Shown here: piece after piece, positions 1 through 9,298 of the stretch
Layout of the letters: every line of letters begins with the position of its first letter
Position numbering within the stretch: position 1 is the stretch's first letter
Notes under the pieces: generated by a model
What the model was told of the DNA's origin: nothing
Database searches by the model: none
The model's input: only the letters and a program-made list of their open reading frames with translations
Program-made: the position numbers and the translations under genes
DNA from: Micromonosporaceae bacterium
GTDB lineage: Bacteria > Actinomycetota > Actinomycetes > Mycobacteriales > Micromonosporaceae
Direction: 5' to 3'
Length of the DNA stretch: 64,000 nucleotides
Assembly: GCA_035263025.1 (NCBI GenBank)
Contig: DATFRR010000010.1
Span: 10,456-74,455 of the forward strand

Positions 1-389
1 CGAACGCCAGAGCTCGTATCCTCGACGGTCACCGTCCAGCGGCCGTCCTCGCTCGTCCAGTCGGCTCCAGCCACGCGGGTGTGGTAGCGGATCTTCGCGT
101 CCACGCCGTACGCCGTCGCGGTCTCGCGGACGTACCGCAGGATCTCATCGCCACCCACGATCGAGGCGGCACCGGTCCACGGCCGGAATGGATATCCGAG
201 CGTGAACATGTCGGAGTCCGACCGGACGCCGGGATAGCGGAACAGGTCCCACGTCCCGCCACTCGATCCGCGTGCCTCGAGAATCTCGAACGAGGTGCCG
301 GGCGCATCGGTCAGCAGCCGACAAGCGGCGCCGATCCCGGACAGACCGGCGCCGACGATGAGCACGTCGACATGTTCTGGTGCGGCCAC
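1..389 (-). CDS. Flavin-containing (Baeyer-Villiger/FMO-type) monooxygenase, N-terminal part only; the gene runs off the left edge
   Basis: This ORF is not in the supplied track because it is truncated by the window edge. My minus-strand translation from GTG at 389 reads VAAPEHVDVLIVGAGLSGIGAACRLL...GGTWDLFRYPGVRSDSDMFTLGYPFRPW. It carries a GxGxxG dinucleotide fold followed by the FRYPGxRxD block typical of class B flavoprotein monooxygenases. Confidence 0.7.
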   Translation of the reverse strand, partial: MAAPEHVDVLIVGAGLSGIGAACRLLTDAPGTSFEILEARGSSGGTWDLFRYPGVRSDSDMFTLGYPFRPWTGAASIVGGDEILRYVRETATAYGVDAKIRYHTRVAGADWTSEDGRWTVTVEDTSSGV

Positions 390-604
390 GGGACTCCCTG
401 TCGGTCGGTGAGCGAGATCTCCGCTCAGAATGACACCCGGGATGTGAGCGATTCAACACGTCTTCAGGTCGGCGAGGGTGGCGAGCAGATCGGGCGTACG
501 CCGGTCTACGAAACCCCAGGTCATCCGCAGCGCAGCAGGATCCGACACCCTTGGATTTCGCACTCGCGAGATCCGTTTGACGGTCTGCGCCCGTACATAT
601 CGGT

Positions 605-1165
605 GTGGAGGTCTCTGACGACGGGTTGCTCGCCGGTATGGCCGCGGGCGACGCGGAAGCGGCCACCGCGTTCGTCCGCCGGTACCAGTCGCGCGTTTTT
701 GGTTTGGCACTGACCATCGTCGGCGTGCCAGCGATCGCCGAGGAGGTTGCGCAGGAGGCGTTCGTGCGTGCCTGGCGGTTTGCCGGCGGGTATGACGCAC
801 GGCGCGGCGGGGTCGCGACATGGCTGCTGTCGATCGCACGCAACGCCGCGATCGACGCGGTCCGGGTCACCCGGGATCGGCCGTACGACCCGGCCGTGTT
901 GGCGGCGTTGCTCGCCAACTCGGACGGCGGGGATTCGGGACGGTACGCCGACGACTGCGTCGAGGCGCAGCGGCTTCGTGACGCGCTCGCGTCCCTGCCC
1001 CACGAACAGGCCGTCGCGTTGGTATTGGCGGCGATGTACGGCATGACGGCACGAGAAATCGCCCAGCGGGAATCGATTCCGCTAGGCACCGCGAAGACCC
1101 GCATCAGGCTGGGCCTTGCCCGGCTGCGCGACCAGCTCGAGGTGAGCGATGGACGAGACACCTGA
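605..1165 (+). CDS. ECF-type RNA polymerase sigma-70 family factor
   Basis: 186 aa. The region 2-like block is FVRRYQSRVFGLALTIVG...AEEVAQEAFVRAW. The region 4 HTH is MTAREIAQRESIPLGTAKTRIRLGLARLRDQL. It overlaps the downstream anti-sigma gene by 17 nt. Confidence 0.85.
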   Translation: MEVSDDGLLAGMAAGDAEAATAFVRRYQSRVFGLALTIVGVPAIAEEVAQEAFVRAWRFAGGYDARRGGVATWLLSIARNAAIDAVRVTRDRPYDPAVLAALLANSDGGDSGRYADDCVEAQRLRDALASLPHEQAVALVLAAMYGMTAREIAQRESIPLGTAKTRIRLGLARLRDQLEVSDGRDT

Positions 1166-1916
1166 CTGCGAGGCGGTGCGACCGCTGCTGGAAGAGTTGG
1201 CGACCGGCGCCGTGACCGGACACGATCGGGCGTTCGCGTTGATGCACGTCGCGCACTGCGACCGGTGCCGGCGTGAGCTGACCGAGCTCACCCGCGTCGC
1301 AGATGATCTGCTCCTGCTCGCACCACGACGCGAGCCGCCGGCCGGCTTTGACGCGGCGGTAGCGCGGCGTCTCGCCACGTTGACGGACCGATCGTCGAGG
1401 TGGGCGAGTTGGCGGCGATGGGCGCCCGCCGGCCGTGGCGCGGTGGCGCGTACGAGCGGCCTCGGCGCCTTGTCCGAACGCGGTGCGGTTCGGCGAACCA
1501 GGCCCGCGCTGCGTCTCGCCGCGGCCGCGGTCATGTTGCTGATCGCCGCGGCCGCCGGCGCAGGGATCACGTACTGGCAGGGCGCGGCGGACCGCCGGCT
1601 CGCCGCACAAGTTGGTACGGCTGCCTCGCTGTTCCCACGCGCTGTGCCGATCACCGGCCCGTCCAACGCCGTCGTCGGCCACGTCTTCCTCTACAACGGT
1701 TCGCCCTCGTGGGCGACGGTCGAGTTAACCAGCGCGCCGGAGTCCGGCGACTACGCGATGACGGTTGTCGCCACCGACGGACAGCGCTACCCGGAAGGCG
1801 TCTGTACGGTCACCGGCCAGCGTGGCATCTCCTCATACCCGCTTCCGGTCCCGCTCGCCCAGATCGCGGCGATCGATCTGACCCGTCCCGGCATAGCGCT
1901 GACCGGACATCCGTGA
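1149..1916 (+). CDS. Anti-sigma factor (zf-HC2 / ZAS type) with one central TM segment
   Basis: The N-terminus carries HVAHCDRCRRELTEL (HxxxCxxC). A hydrophobic stretch LRLAAAAVMLLIAAAAGAGITY lies mid-protein. It sits immediately downstream of, and overlaps, the ECF sigma gene. Confidence 0.7.
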   Translation: MDETPDCEAVRPLLEELATGAVTGHDRAFALMHVAHCDRCRRELTELTRVADDLLLLAPRREPPAGFDAAVARRLATLTDRSSRWASWRRWAPAGRGAVARTSGLGALSERGAVRRTRPALRLAAAAVMLLIAAAAGAGITYWQGAADRRLAAQVGTAASLFPRAVPITGPSNAVVGHVFLYNGSPSWATVELTSAPESGDYAMTVVATDGQRYPEGVCTVTGQRGISSYPLPVPLAQIAAIDLTRPGIALTGHP

Positions 1917-1992
1917 CGCCCAATGAATCCCGTCGACGGTCCGCGGCCGTAATACCGGTCAGGTACCAAACAACGCAGACGGAGGACATCAC

Positions 1993-2511
1993 ATGTCATG
2001 GCAGAAACTCATGGCGCTGGCTGGGATCGGCGTCGTGTTGACGGTGTCGGGTTGCGCGGCCGGCTCCGGTGGTCAGGCCGGCGCAGCCGCGCCGGGCGGC
2101 TCGGCGACCACAGTGTCCATGCGGAACGTCACCGGAGTGGGTTCCGCATTGGTCGATAGCGCAGGTGAAACGCTCTACTTCTCTGATGTCGAGAGCACGG
2201 GTACGGTCCGGTGCCTTGACGCGTGTCTGCACTTCTGGAAGCCGCTCACGGTCGACCAGGGTGTGACACCGACCGCCGCGACGGGAGTGGCCGGCACCCT
2301 TGCCACGATCACGCGGCCGGACGGTCCGACGCAGGTGACACTCGACGGCAAGCCGCTCTACACGTTCTCCCTCGACGGCGGCGCCGGTCAGGCGAAGGGC
2401 AACGGCTTCACCGACAGCTTCGACGGCACGCAGTTCCGTTGGCAGGCGGCGACCGCCTCGGGTGCGGCGCCGACGGCTTCCGCTACCGACGGCAATGGGT
2501 ACGGCTACTGA
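1993..2511 (+). CDS. Secreted lipoprotein with two Yx(F/Y)xxD-type repeats (COG4315-like)
   Basis: The signal peptide and lipobox read LAGIGVVLTVSGC. Two repeats are present, GETLYFSDVE and GKPLYTFSLDGGAGQAKGNG. An RBS GGAGGA lies 7 nt upstream of the ATG at 1993. Confidence 0.75.
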   Translation: MSWQKLMALAGIGVVLTVSGCAAGSGGQAGAAAPGGSATTVSMRNVTGVGSALVDSAGETLYFSDVESTGTVRCLDACLHFWKPLTVDQGVTPTAATGVAGTLATITRPDGPTQVTLDGKPLYTFSLDGGAGQAKGNGFTDSFDGTQFRWQAATASGAAPTASATDGNGYGY

Positions 2512-2521
2512 CGGTTCGTCG

Positions 2522-2734
2522 GTGTCGCGGCCGGCGTGGTGTCCCGCACGCCAGCCGTGCCGCCGGTGGCGCTTCGATGCGGCCGTCTACGTACTAGGCG
2601 CGCTGGCGCCCGCCGAACGGCACGCGTACGAGGAGCACTTGCAGCAGTGCCCGGACTGCCTCGACGACGTGACGCAGATCGCGGCGATGCCCGGGCTCCT
2701 GCGTCGGTTGTCGGCCGGTGACGTGCCGACGTGA
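2522..2734 (+). CDS. Small zf-HC2 (anti-sigma-like) protein with no TM segment
   Basis: The ORF 2462..2734 contains AVYVLGALAPAERHAYEEHLQQCPDCLDDV, an HxxxCxxC motif. I place the start at the in-frame GTG at 2522 to avoid overlap with the upstream lipoprotein gene, but the start is uncertain. Confidence 0.45.
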   Translation: MSRPAWCPARQPCRRWRFDAAVYVLGALAPAERHAYEEHLQQCPDCLDDVTQIAAMPGLLRRLSAGDVPT

Positions 2735-2844
2735 GCGGGTTTGGATCGGCTCCGCACGGCATCGTCGGCATGTCACACCATCCAGCCGGCCCGGGAACGG
2801 ACAATGGCCGGAAGGTTGATCGAAGCCATTCTCCGAGGGGGACG

Positions 2845-3195
2845 ATGCAGATGGGTGACGAAACGCGCGCGGTTATCCAGCGCTTCCACGACGCGTTCAA
2901 TGCTCATGACCTAGACGCGTTGGCGGACCTGTGGAGCGACGACTGTGTGTTCGAAGACACCACACCGCCGGACGGCAGCCGGCATGTTGGTCGGGAGCGC
3001 GTACTTCAGGCGTGCCGGGACTTCTTCGCGCAGTCACCGAACGCGCATTTCGATATCGAGGATGTGGTCACCGTCGGCGACCGGGGGTTCGTCAGGTGGC
3101 GGTACGAGTGGGCTGACGGGCACGTACGCGGCGTCGATGTGATGCGGGTTCGGGATGGCAAGGTGTCCGAGAGTTTCGCGTACGTAAAGGGCTGA
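2845..3195 (+). CDS. SnoaL-like / NTF2-fold protein
   Basis: AVIQRFHDAFNAHDLDALADLWSDDCVFEDT...RWRYEW...GVDVMRVRDGKV is the typical SnoaL_2 pattern. I chose the internal ATG at 2845, preceded by GAGGGGGA, over the 2731 start in the track. Confidence 0.75.
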   Translation: MQMGDETRAVIQRFHDAFNAHDLDALADLWSDDCVFEDTTPPDGSRHVGRERVLQACRDFFAQSPNAHFDIEDVVTVGDRGFVRWRYEWADGHVRGVDVMRVRDGKVSESFAYVKG

Positions 3196-3233
3196 GCCGC
3201 CACGCCGAGCGTCTGCGGGTGGGCGTCACCGGC

Positions 3234-3989
3234 TCAGGCCTCGGTTGCCTCGATCGCGTCGAGGTCGCGAACCGCGTAGCGGTGGTGCTCCCACTCCTCT
3301 TCGAGGATCGTGTGGAGGCACGACAGGGTGGTCTCCGGGTAATCGGGTGCCCACGGGTTCGTACGCGCCACCGCCAGCTCGTCCGACGTGACGGTCGCCA
3401 GGAAGTCGTGCATCATCGCGACGCGACCCGCCCGGGCCTCCAGTACGTCGGCGTATGCGGGCGTACCCGTCACGAAGATTGACATGTCCAAGCCGTCCCG
3501 GTCGGCACCGGCGTTTGGTTGCCCGATCGGGTGGTACGGCTGCTCGAGTCCGAGGATCGCGCGGCCCAGCCACGTGTCGGTGGCCATGACCAGGTGCCGC
3601 AGCGTCTGCGCGAATGACCACTCGCCACCCACTGAAACGTCGACCGTGCCGGCCGGCATCGCCGCGACGCGCTCGAGCGTTTCCGCCCATGTGCGCTGGA
3701 GCGCCGCCCAGGCCGCGCGCAGACCGTCCGGGTCTGCGGCGCGTCGTTCGGCACGGCCGGGAAAGCGGCGGTTGAGTTCGGCGTCGACGAACGGGGCCAC
3801 GTCGACGCCGTTGACGCGCAAGACGTTCTCGCCTTCCAACAGCCACGGCGCGTCGATGTCCGCCCCTGATACGTCAACCGCGCGCATCACGATGTCGGAC
3901 AGGTCGGATCCGACGAAGCGGGCGCCACGAAGGTCCACGCCAACGAAGTGCGCTCCCTGCAGGTCATCGGCTCGGGTGAAGTTCGCCAT
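3234..3989 (-). CDS. Pentapeptide-repeat + DinB-like fusion protein
   Basis: The N-terminus has A(D/N)LxG repeats: ADDLQGAHFVGVDLRGARFVGSDLSDIVMRAVDVSGADI. The C-terminus is a helical bundle with HLVMATDTW...EEEWEHHRY, DinB-style His residues. The RBS is AAAGGAGA. Confidence 0.75.
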   Translation of the reverse strand: MANFTRADDLQGAHFVGVDLRGARFVGSDLSDIVMRAVDVSGADIDAPWLLEGENVLRVNGVDVAPFVDAELNRRFPGRAERRAADPDGLRAAWAALQRTWAETLERVAAMPAGTVDVSVGGEWSFAQTLRHLVMATDTWLGRAILGLEQPYHPIGQPNAGADRDGLDMSIFVTGTPAYADVLEARAGRVAMMHDFLATVTSDELAVARTNPWAPDYPETTLSCLHTILEEEWEHHRYAVRDLDAIEATEA

Positions 3990-4371
3990 GACGTCTCCTT
4001 TGTCGAGCGCGGCGGCCGGCGCACGCTAGCCGCTGAAGCGGGCACGAGTTGGCATTGTCCTAAACGATGCGCACCGCTGTCGACCTCGGCGATGCGTCAT
4101 GTTCGGCGCGGTCCGGGCGGTGACCTGGCGAAGATCACGTGGGCGAACCGTCATTGATCACGAGCCTGGCGCGACCGGCACCGTTGTGACTGATGTGCCG
4201 GACGGGGGTCACGCTCACCGTTGTCAAATGTGGCCGGCTTAGCGCCGGATGCCGCGGCGCACGCACACGCGACAGGCACATTCAGCGTTCGACTGAGGTG
4301 GCTGGCTACGCCGTCTAGCGTTGATCGAATTGAACGAACTTCCGACACGGAGCCGTGAGGCGGGGTGAAGC

Positions 4372-5742
4372 ATGGCCAGATCGACGATCGGACAGCTGCA
4401 GGAACGAGTCGCCGGCCACGTAATCGCTGCGGGGGACTCCGGATATGACGCCGCACGCGTGGTCCACAACGGCATGATCGACCGTCATCCTCGGGCGGTA
4501 GTGCGTTGCACGAACGTAGACGATGTCAGAGCGACCGTCATCTACGCGCGGGAGCACGGTCTCGAGGTCGCGATCCGCGGTGGCGGACACAGCGTGCCTG
4601 GTTTTGGAACCGTCGACGACGGCCTGGTCATTGACTTGTCAGGCATGCGCAAGGTCACAGTGGACGCTCGGGCTCAAACCGCTCGTGCCGAGGGCGGTGC
4701 CACGTGGGGCGACTTCAACGACGCGACCGGTGCACACGGCCTTGCCACCACCGGTGGAATCATCTCGACGACGGGCGTGGGCGGACTGACCCTGGGTGGC
4801 GGAATCGGCTATCTGGCCCGGGGTTTGGGACTGTCGTGCGACAACCTCATATCGGCGGAAGTCGTGACCGCGGACGGGCAGCGGGTGATCGCAAGCGACA
4901 CAGAACACGAAGACCTGTTCTGGGCACTTCGCGGCGGCGGCGGCAACTTCGGCGTGGTCACCACGCTTGAGTTTCGGCTCAGTCCGATCGCCAACATTTA
5001 CGGTGGTCCGATCTTCTTCGAGCTTGACCACATCCAGGATGTCTTGCACTTCTACCGGGACTTCATCGCCGACGCGCCCGAGCAGTACGGCGGATTCCCG
5101 GCATTCCAGATCGCTCCGCCGCTGCCGTTCATCCCGGAGAATCGCCACGGCGAACCGTTCATCGCGATGGTCAACTGCTGGTCGGGACCACCCGAGCAAG
5201 GCGAGCAATTGATCCAGCAAGTTCGGTCGATCGCACCGCCGGTCGCGGAGATGATCGGCCTGATGCCCTACCCGGAGCTCAACAGCGCATTCGACGCGCT
5301 CGTCCCGCCGGGGCTGCAGCACTACTGGAAGGCCAACTTCGTCACCGACCTCACCGACGCGATGATCGACGCGCACATGCAGCACGGGCCGAACGTGCCG
5401 GCGGTGAACTCGACCGTACACATCTACCCGATCAATGGCGCGTGCCACCGGGTCCCGGCCGACGCGACCGCGTTCGCCTACCGCGATGCCAACTTCGCGA
5501 CGGTGATCGCCGGCATGTGGCCGGAGCCCGCCGACAACGAGGCCAACATCGGATGGGTACGCGACTACTACGACGCCACGGCGCCGCTGTCAGAAGATGG
5601 TGGCTACGTGAACTTCATGGCCGGCGACGACCAGGGCCGCATCCGAGACAACTACCGCGGCAACTACGCGCGCCTGGTTGACGTGAAGCGCACGTACGAC
5701 CCGGACAACTTCTTCCACCTCAACCAGAACATTCAGCCGTAG
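4372..5742 (+). CDS. FAD-binding oxidoreductase of the berberine-bridge-enzyme (BBE) / VAO family
   Basis: 456 aa. The FAD_binding_4 block is VAIRGGGHSVPG...GATWGDFN...GGLTLGGGIGYL. The C-terminal BBE signature is YARLVDVKRTYDPDNFFHLNQNI. Confidence 0.9.
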   Translation: MARSTIGQLQERVAGHVIAAGDSGYDAARVVHNGMIDRHPRAVVRCTNVDDVRATVIYAREHGLEVAIRGGGHSVPGFGTVDDGLVIDLSGMRKVTVDARAQTARAEGGATWGDFNDATGAHGLATTGGIISTTGVGGLTLGGGIGYLARGLGLSCDNLISAEVVTADGQRVIASDTEHEDLFWALRGGGGNFGVVTTLEFRLSPIANIYGGPIFFELDHIQDVLHFYRDFIADAPEQYGGFPAFQIAPPLPFIPENRHGEPFIAMVNCWSGPPEQGEQLIQQVRSIAPPVAEMIGLMPYPELNSAFDALVPPGLQHYWKANFVTDLTDAMIDAHMQHGPNVPAVNSTVHIYPINGACHRVPADATAFAYRDANFATVIAGMWPEPADNEANIGWVRDYYDATAPLSEDGGYVNFMAGDDQGRIRDNYRGNYARLVDVKRTYDPDNFFHLNQNIQP

Positions 5743-5758
5743 CGCGACGCCGAGCGAC

Positions 5759-5799
5759 AAAGGTGGCCGGCCGCCGAACCAGCGGCCGGCCGCCACCTT
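5759..5799. terminator. Imperfect GC-rich inverted repeat between convergent genes
   Basis: The sequence is AAGGTGGCCGGCCGCCG-AACCA-GCGGCCGGCCGCCACCTT. The outer 8 bp pair perfectly and the inner GC pairs need a bulge. It lies between stop codons at 5742 (+) and 5802 (-). There is no U-tract. Confidence 0.45.
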
Positions 5800-5801
5800 G
5801 C

Positions 5802-6083
5802 TCAGTCCCGACGGGCCTGGCGGCGTTCCTTGCGGCGGCGATGCCGGCGCATCACGCCGAGCCCGAACCAGACGATCGCGCCCAACACCGCGGAGATCAG
5901 CGTCAGCAGCCACAACGGCAAGGTGAACGCCCAGACCAGGAAGTGAAGACGCACGCGGGTCGAGTTCTGGATCATGAAGATGACCAGCAATGCCGCCCCG
6001 CTGAGCGAGGCGATCGCGCCGCCGCTGAGCCGGCGTCGTTCGGCCGTGGCAACCGCACCATCGCTGGGGCGCTCCTGGCTCAT
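5802..6083 (-). CDS. LapA/DUF1049-type small membrane protein
   Basis: Two TM segments, GAIASLSGAALLVIFMIQN and LPLWLLTLISAVLGAIVWFGLGV, are followed by a basic tail RRHRRRKERRQARRD. The start is placed at internal ATG 6083; the track ORF extends to 6146. Confidence 0.6.
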   Translation of the reverse strand: MSQERPSDGAVATAERRRLSGGAIASLSGAALLVIFMIQNSTRVRLHFLVWAFTLPLWLLTLISAVLGAIVWFGLGVMRRHRRRKERRQARRD

Positions 6084-6459
6084 CACCGCCCCCTCGGACG
6101 ATCGGGACCACGCAGGCACGTGGACCTCATGTCGAGATCGTTTCATGTATTCATGAGCGGTGTGCCGAAAGCCACCTGCCGGTCACGGTTAGCGCCGAAG
6201 ACATGATGTAGCCGAGCGGTTCTCCGAGCCGTCTGGCCTGGCGCTATGCACGGCGATTGGACATTCGACCCGCCCGAGACCTAGTCAACGTCGGTCGGCG
6301 TTGACAAGGTTGTACTCATGTGCGGTGCCGACGGGCGCTCACACGTGCAGCAGCGCCGGCACGAAATCGTCGGAGTGACGTGGTAGCAATCGCGGTGACC
6401 GCAATTGAGGTCGCTGGCAAACAGCGTCACTAGATCACGACTGGGGAAGAGGACTAACC

Positions 6460-7575
6460 ATGAGCGGGGTACGGGTACTGGTTGGCACACGCAAGGGCGC
6501 GTTCACGTTGACCTCGGACGGCAGCCGCACGGACTGGACGGTCGACGGTCCGCACTTCGGGGGCTGGGAGATCTTCCACGTGAACGGGTCGCCAGCCAAC
6601 CCGGACCGGTTGTACGCGTCGGCGTCGGGTGGCTGGTTCGGGCAGGTGATCCACCGGTCCGACGACGGCGGCAAGAGCTGGACAACGGCCGGGAACGACT
6701 TCACGTACGACGGCGATGTCGGCCAGCATTTGTGGTACGACGGCACGCCCCGGCCGTGGGAGTTCAAGCGGATCTGGCACATTGAGCCGTCGCGCGACGA
6801 TCCCGACACGGTCTACGCGGGCGCCGAAGACGCCGCGCTCTACATCTCGAAAGACGGCGGGAACAAGTGGACCGAACTCACCGGCCTGCGTCAGCACCCC
6901 ACCGGTCCGCAATGGCAGCCGGGTGCGGGTGGCTTGTGCCTGCACACGATCATCCTGGATCCCGTGCACGCCGACCGCATTTACGTGGCCATCTCGGCGG
7001 CCGGTGCGTTCCGCAGTGACGACGCCGGCACGACGTGGCTGCCGATCAACAAGGGCTTGCGTTCCGGCGAGATTCCCGATGCCGACTCCGAGGTCGGCCA
7101 CTGCGTGCACCACGTGACGCAGCATCCGTCGCGGCCGGACACGCTGTTCATGCAGAAGCACTGGGACGTGCTTCGCAGCGACGACGCCGGTGCGAATTGG
7201 CACGAGGTCAGCGGTAACCTGCCATCGGACTTCGGTTTCCCGATCGCCGTACACGCACATGAGCCAGAGACCATCTACGTCGTACCTATCAAGAGCGACT
7301 CGGAGCACTTCCCGCCGGAAGGCAAGTTGCGCGTCTACCGCAGTCGCGTCGGTGGCAACGAGTGGGAGCCGTTGACCAACGGCTTGCCGCAGTCGGACTG
7401 CTACGTCAACGTCTACCGCGACGCGATGGCGGTCGACGCTCTTGATCCGTGCGGGATCTACTTCGGCACCACTGGTGGGCAGGTCTACCACTCGGCCGAT
7501 AACGGTGACTCGTGGGCGCCGATCGTGCGCGACCTGCCGGCGGTGCTGTCCGTCGAAGCTCAGGTGCTGCCGTGA
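6460..7575 (+). CDS. BNR/Asp-box repeat beta-propeller protein (sialidase-like fold)
   Basis: Five SxDxGxxW Asp-boxes are present: [32 protein letters not shown] and SADNGDSW. Confidence 0.8.
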   Translation: MSGVRVLVGTRKGAFTLTSDGSRTDWTVDGPHFGGWEIFHVNGSPANPDRLYASASGGWFGQVIHRSDDGGKSWTTAGNDFTYDGDVGQHLWYDGTPRPWEFKRIWHIEPSRDDPDTVYAGAEDAALYISKDGGNKWTELTGLRQHPTGPQWQPGAGGLCLHTIILDPVHADRIYVAISAAGAFRSDDAGTTWLPINKGLRSGEIPDADSEVGHCVHHVTQHPSRPDTLFMQKHWDVLRSDDAGANWHEVSGNLPSDFGFPIAVHAHEPETIYVVPIKSDSEHFPPEGKLRVYRSRVGGNEWEPLTNGLPQSDCYVNVYRDAMAVDALDPCGIYFGTTGGQVYHSADNGDSWAPIVRDLPAVLSVEAQVLP

Positions 7576-7889
7576 TCCGCGTGGTCCTACCGGCCCATCT
7601 CAAGACGCTGGCGAAAGTCACCGGCGAAGTTCGCCTCGAGATACCCGCGGGATCGGTGGACGAGGCCACGCCGGTCACCCAACGCATCGTGCTCGATGCG
7701 CTCGAAGCGCAGTTTCCGATGCTGGCTGGCACCATCCGTGACCGCGGCAGTGGCCAGCGCCGACCGTTCGTGCGCTTCTACGCCTGCGAAGAGGACCTGT
7801 CCAACGAGCCACCCGACACGGCACTGCCGCGTCGGGTGCTCGCGGGGGAGGAGCCGTTCATCATCCTCGGGGCGATGGCCGGCGGGTAG
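7572..7889 (+). CDS. MoaD/ThiS-like ubiquitin-fold small protein ending in Gly-Gly
   Basis: 105 aa from GTG 7572, which overlaps the upstream TGA as GTGA. It begins [14 protein letters not shown]... and ends ...[11 protein letters not shown]-stop. The size and C-terminal GG are typical of sulfur-carrier or ubiquitin-like proteins. Confidence 0.7.
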   Translation: MIRVVLPAHLKTLAKVTGEVRLEIPAGSVDEATPVTQRIVLDALEAQFPMLAGTIRDRGSGQRRPFVRFYACEEDLSNEPPDTALPRRVLAGEEPFIILGAMAGG

Positions 7890-7921
7890 GCGTCGGGACA
7901 CGGCGCGGCGACGCGGCGGCG

Positions 7922-9007
7922 TCAGTCGCTCATCCGGACGATGTCTTTGACGCCGTGTGGCTCGCGGAGCGTGCCTGGCGCGGCGTCGAGCGACACGCGA
8001 TTGGTGATGATCGCCCGGACGCTGTCCGGCACCAGGTACATCGCCTGCTCGAGCTTGCGAACCGCGAGTTCGAATCCTGACCGGCCGGCGTTGACAGTGC
8101 CGATGATGGCTTGGTTGTTGAGGACGATGTCCTTCATGATCCGGTCGAGCGGCAGCGCGGTCGGTGCCGCGGGTGCCGGGATGCCGGTCAGGATGAGCAG
8201 GCCGTTCGGGCTGAGCGCCTGGGCAGAGCCGAACGCGACACTGGCCACGCCGACGGCTTCGTAGATGACGTCGATGGGTCCGACCGTGCCGGAGATCTTG
8301 TCGAGAGGCGTGTCCTCCGCGGAGAGGTAGGTCGCGCCGATCCGGCGAATGTTGTCGGCACGAACACTGTCGGCGGGTTCGCGGGAGTAGACGATCGTCT
8401 CGAAGCCGGTGACGACCATGGCAATGGCGCCGAGCACGCCCACCGGTCCGGCGCCGAGCACGAGGACGCGGCCGCGCTCCGGTTGCCACGGCAGGCGCTG
8501 CTGCACGGCGTACGCCTGTTCGGCGGCCTTCGCCGCGATCGACAAGGGCTCGATCAGCGCGGCGACGTCGGCTAGTTGTGCCGGGACCGAAATGATGTGC
8601 TGTTCGTCCTCGAGGACGACTTCGGTGAGGTAGCCGTGCGCGTGTTTGATGCCGCGCTCGGTGAAGTCGCCGGTGGTACAGAAGTCTTGCCGACCCGTGG
8701 TGCACGCGCGGCAGCCGGGATCGGGACACGGTCGGCGTACGGTCAGCACCACAAGATCGCCGGCTTGTAGGGTCGTCACCTGCGTACCGGTGTCGATGAC
8801 GCGGCCGACGACTTCGTGTCCGAGTATCAGGTGGTCGGAACCGGGTGGCGGCTCGCCGTACTCGAAGGCGGCGATGTCCCGATCGGTGCCGCAGATGCCG
8901 ACCTCGTGGACGGCGATGCGGACCTGATGGCCGGTCGGCTTCGCGGGCTCGGCGACGTCGATGATTCGAATTTCGGCGCGATCGGGGTAGGCGGCCAGTG
9001 CACGCAT
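7922..9007 (-). CDS. Zn-dependent medium-chain dehydrogenase (glucose/threonine dehydrogenase-like)
   Basis: The catalytic Zn ligands appear as GICGTDRD and GHEVVGRV. The structural Zn cluster is CPDPGCRACTTGRQDFC. The Rossmann motif is LVLGAGPVG. Confidence 0.85.
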   Translation of the reverse strand: MRALAAYPDRAEIRIIDVAEPAKPTGHQVRIAVHEVGICGTDRDIAAFEYGEPPPGSDHLILGHEVVGRVIDTGTQVTTLQAGDLVVLTVRRPCPDPGCRACTTGRQDFCTTGDFTERGIKHAHGYLTEVVLEDEQHIISVPAQLADVAALIEPLSIAAKAAEQAYAVQQRLPWQPERGRVLVLGAGPVGVLGAIAMVVTGFETIVYSREPADSVRADNIRRIGATYLSAEDTPLDKISGTVGPIDVIYEAVGVASVAFGSAQALSPNGLLILTGIPAPAAPTALPLDRIMKDIVLNNQAIIGTVNAGRSGFELAVRKLEQAMYLVPDSVRAIITNRVSLDAAPGTLREPHGVKDIVRMSD

Positions 9008-9298
9008 GAGGGCGGCCTTTCATGCCATGTGATTGTCGGGCTGCATTCGCACACGTCGGTTCGTGCGATTTGCCGCAGCCGTGGAAAACGTACCGCCTCG
9101 GCGCGCCGTACAAGCTTTGTTCTCGCAGGTCCGGCTGCTGCGGGACGTCGATCCGGCGGTACCAATCAAAATCCGGAAGCTGTCGGCGGCGCGCTCCACC
9201 GGCACCCGCGGGATTGGCCGATGGCCCGCGACTACAAGGCGTCGCGCCGTAGCCTGAGCTGGGGAGACGTGCCCGTGTCGTCGGGAGGACGGTGTCTC

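Noticed and set aside
553-577. Possible ECF autoregulatory promoter GGATTT-N15-CGTT upstream of the sigma gene
   Set aside because: The -35 element has two mismatches to GGAAC, and the -10 match is only a 4-nt CGTT. That is too weak to call without TSS data.
145-1161. 338-aa minus-strand ORF, and several others at 453-1003, overlapping the ECF sigma gene
   Set aside because: The translation is Arg/Ser/Ala/Pro-rich and low in complexity, with no motifs. It is antisense to a sigma factor with clear region 2 and region 4 motifs. This is a typical high-GC shadow ORF.
3190-3241. GGCTGAGCCG ... CGGCTCAGGCC inverted repeat between convergent genes as a terminator
   Set aside because: The stem is imperfect, with an extra G, and the loop is ~30 nt. 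It also overlaps both stop codons. Not convincing.
6281-6490. 69-aa Cys-rich minus-strand ORF (CRRCCTCE) in the gap before the BNR gene, plus an imperfect palindrome CAATCGCGGTGACCGCAATTG at ~6387-6408
   Set aside because: The ORF overlaps the BNR start and its RBS, and it has no RBS or homology signal of its own. The palindrome is imperfect and unsupported. It is noted only as a possible operator.
8060-8080. GAGTTCGAATCCTGA, reminiscent of a tRNA T-arm (GGTTCGAATCC)
   Set aside because: It sits inside the well-supported dehydrogenase CDS, and I could not fold the flanks into acceptor, D or anticodon arms. I found no tRNA anywhere in the window.
7587-9113. 508-aa minus-strand ORF in another frame over the Zn-dehydrogenase gene
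   Set aside because: The composition is extremely Arg/Pro/His-rich (RRRRAREADRPSGPHRRPRGRH...). The 7922-9007 frame has full Zn-ADH motifs, so this is a frame-shadow artefact of GC3 bias.
8816-9298. N-terminal 161-aa extension of the adhP ORF in the track
   Set aside because: It would overlap the divergent dehydrogenase gene. A strong RBS (GGGAGGA) precedes ATG 9299, and AdhP homology begins there.
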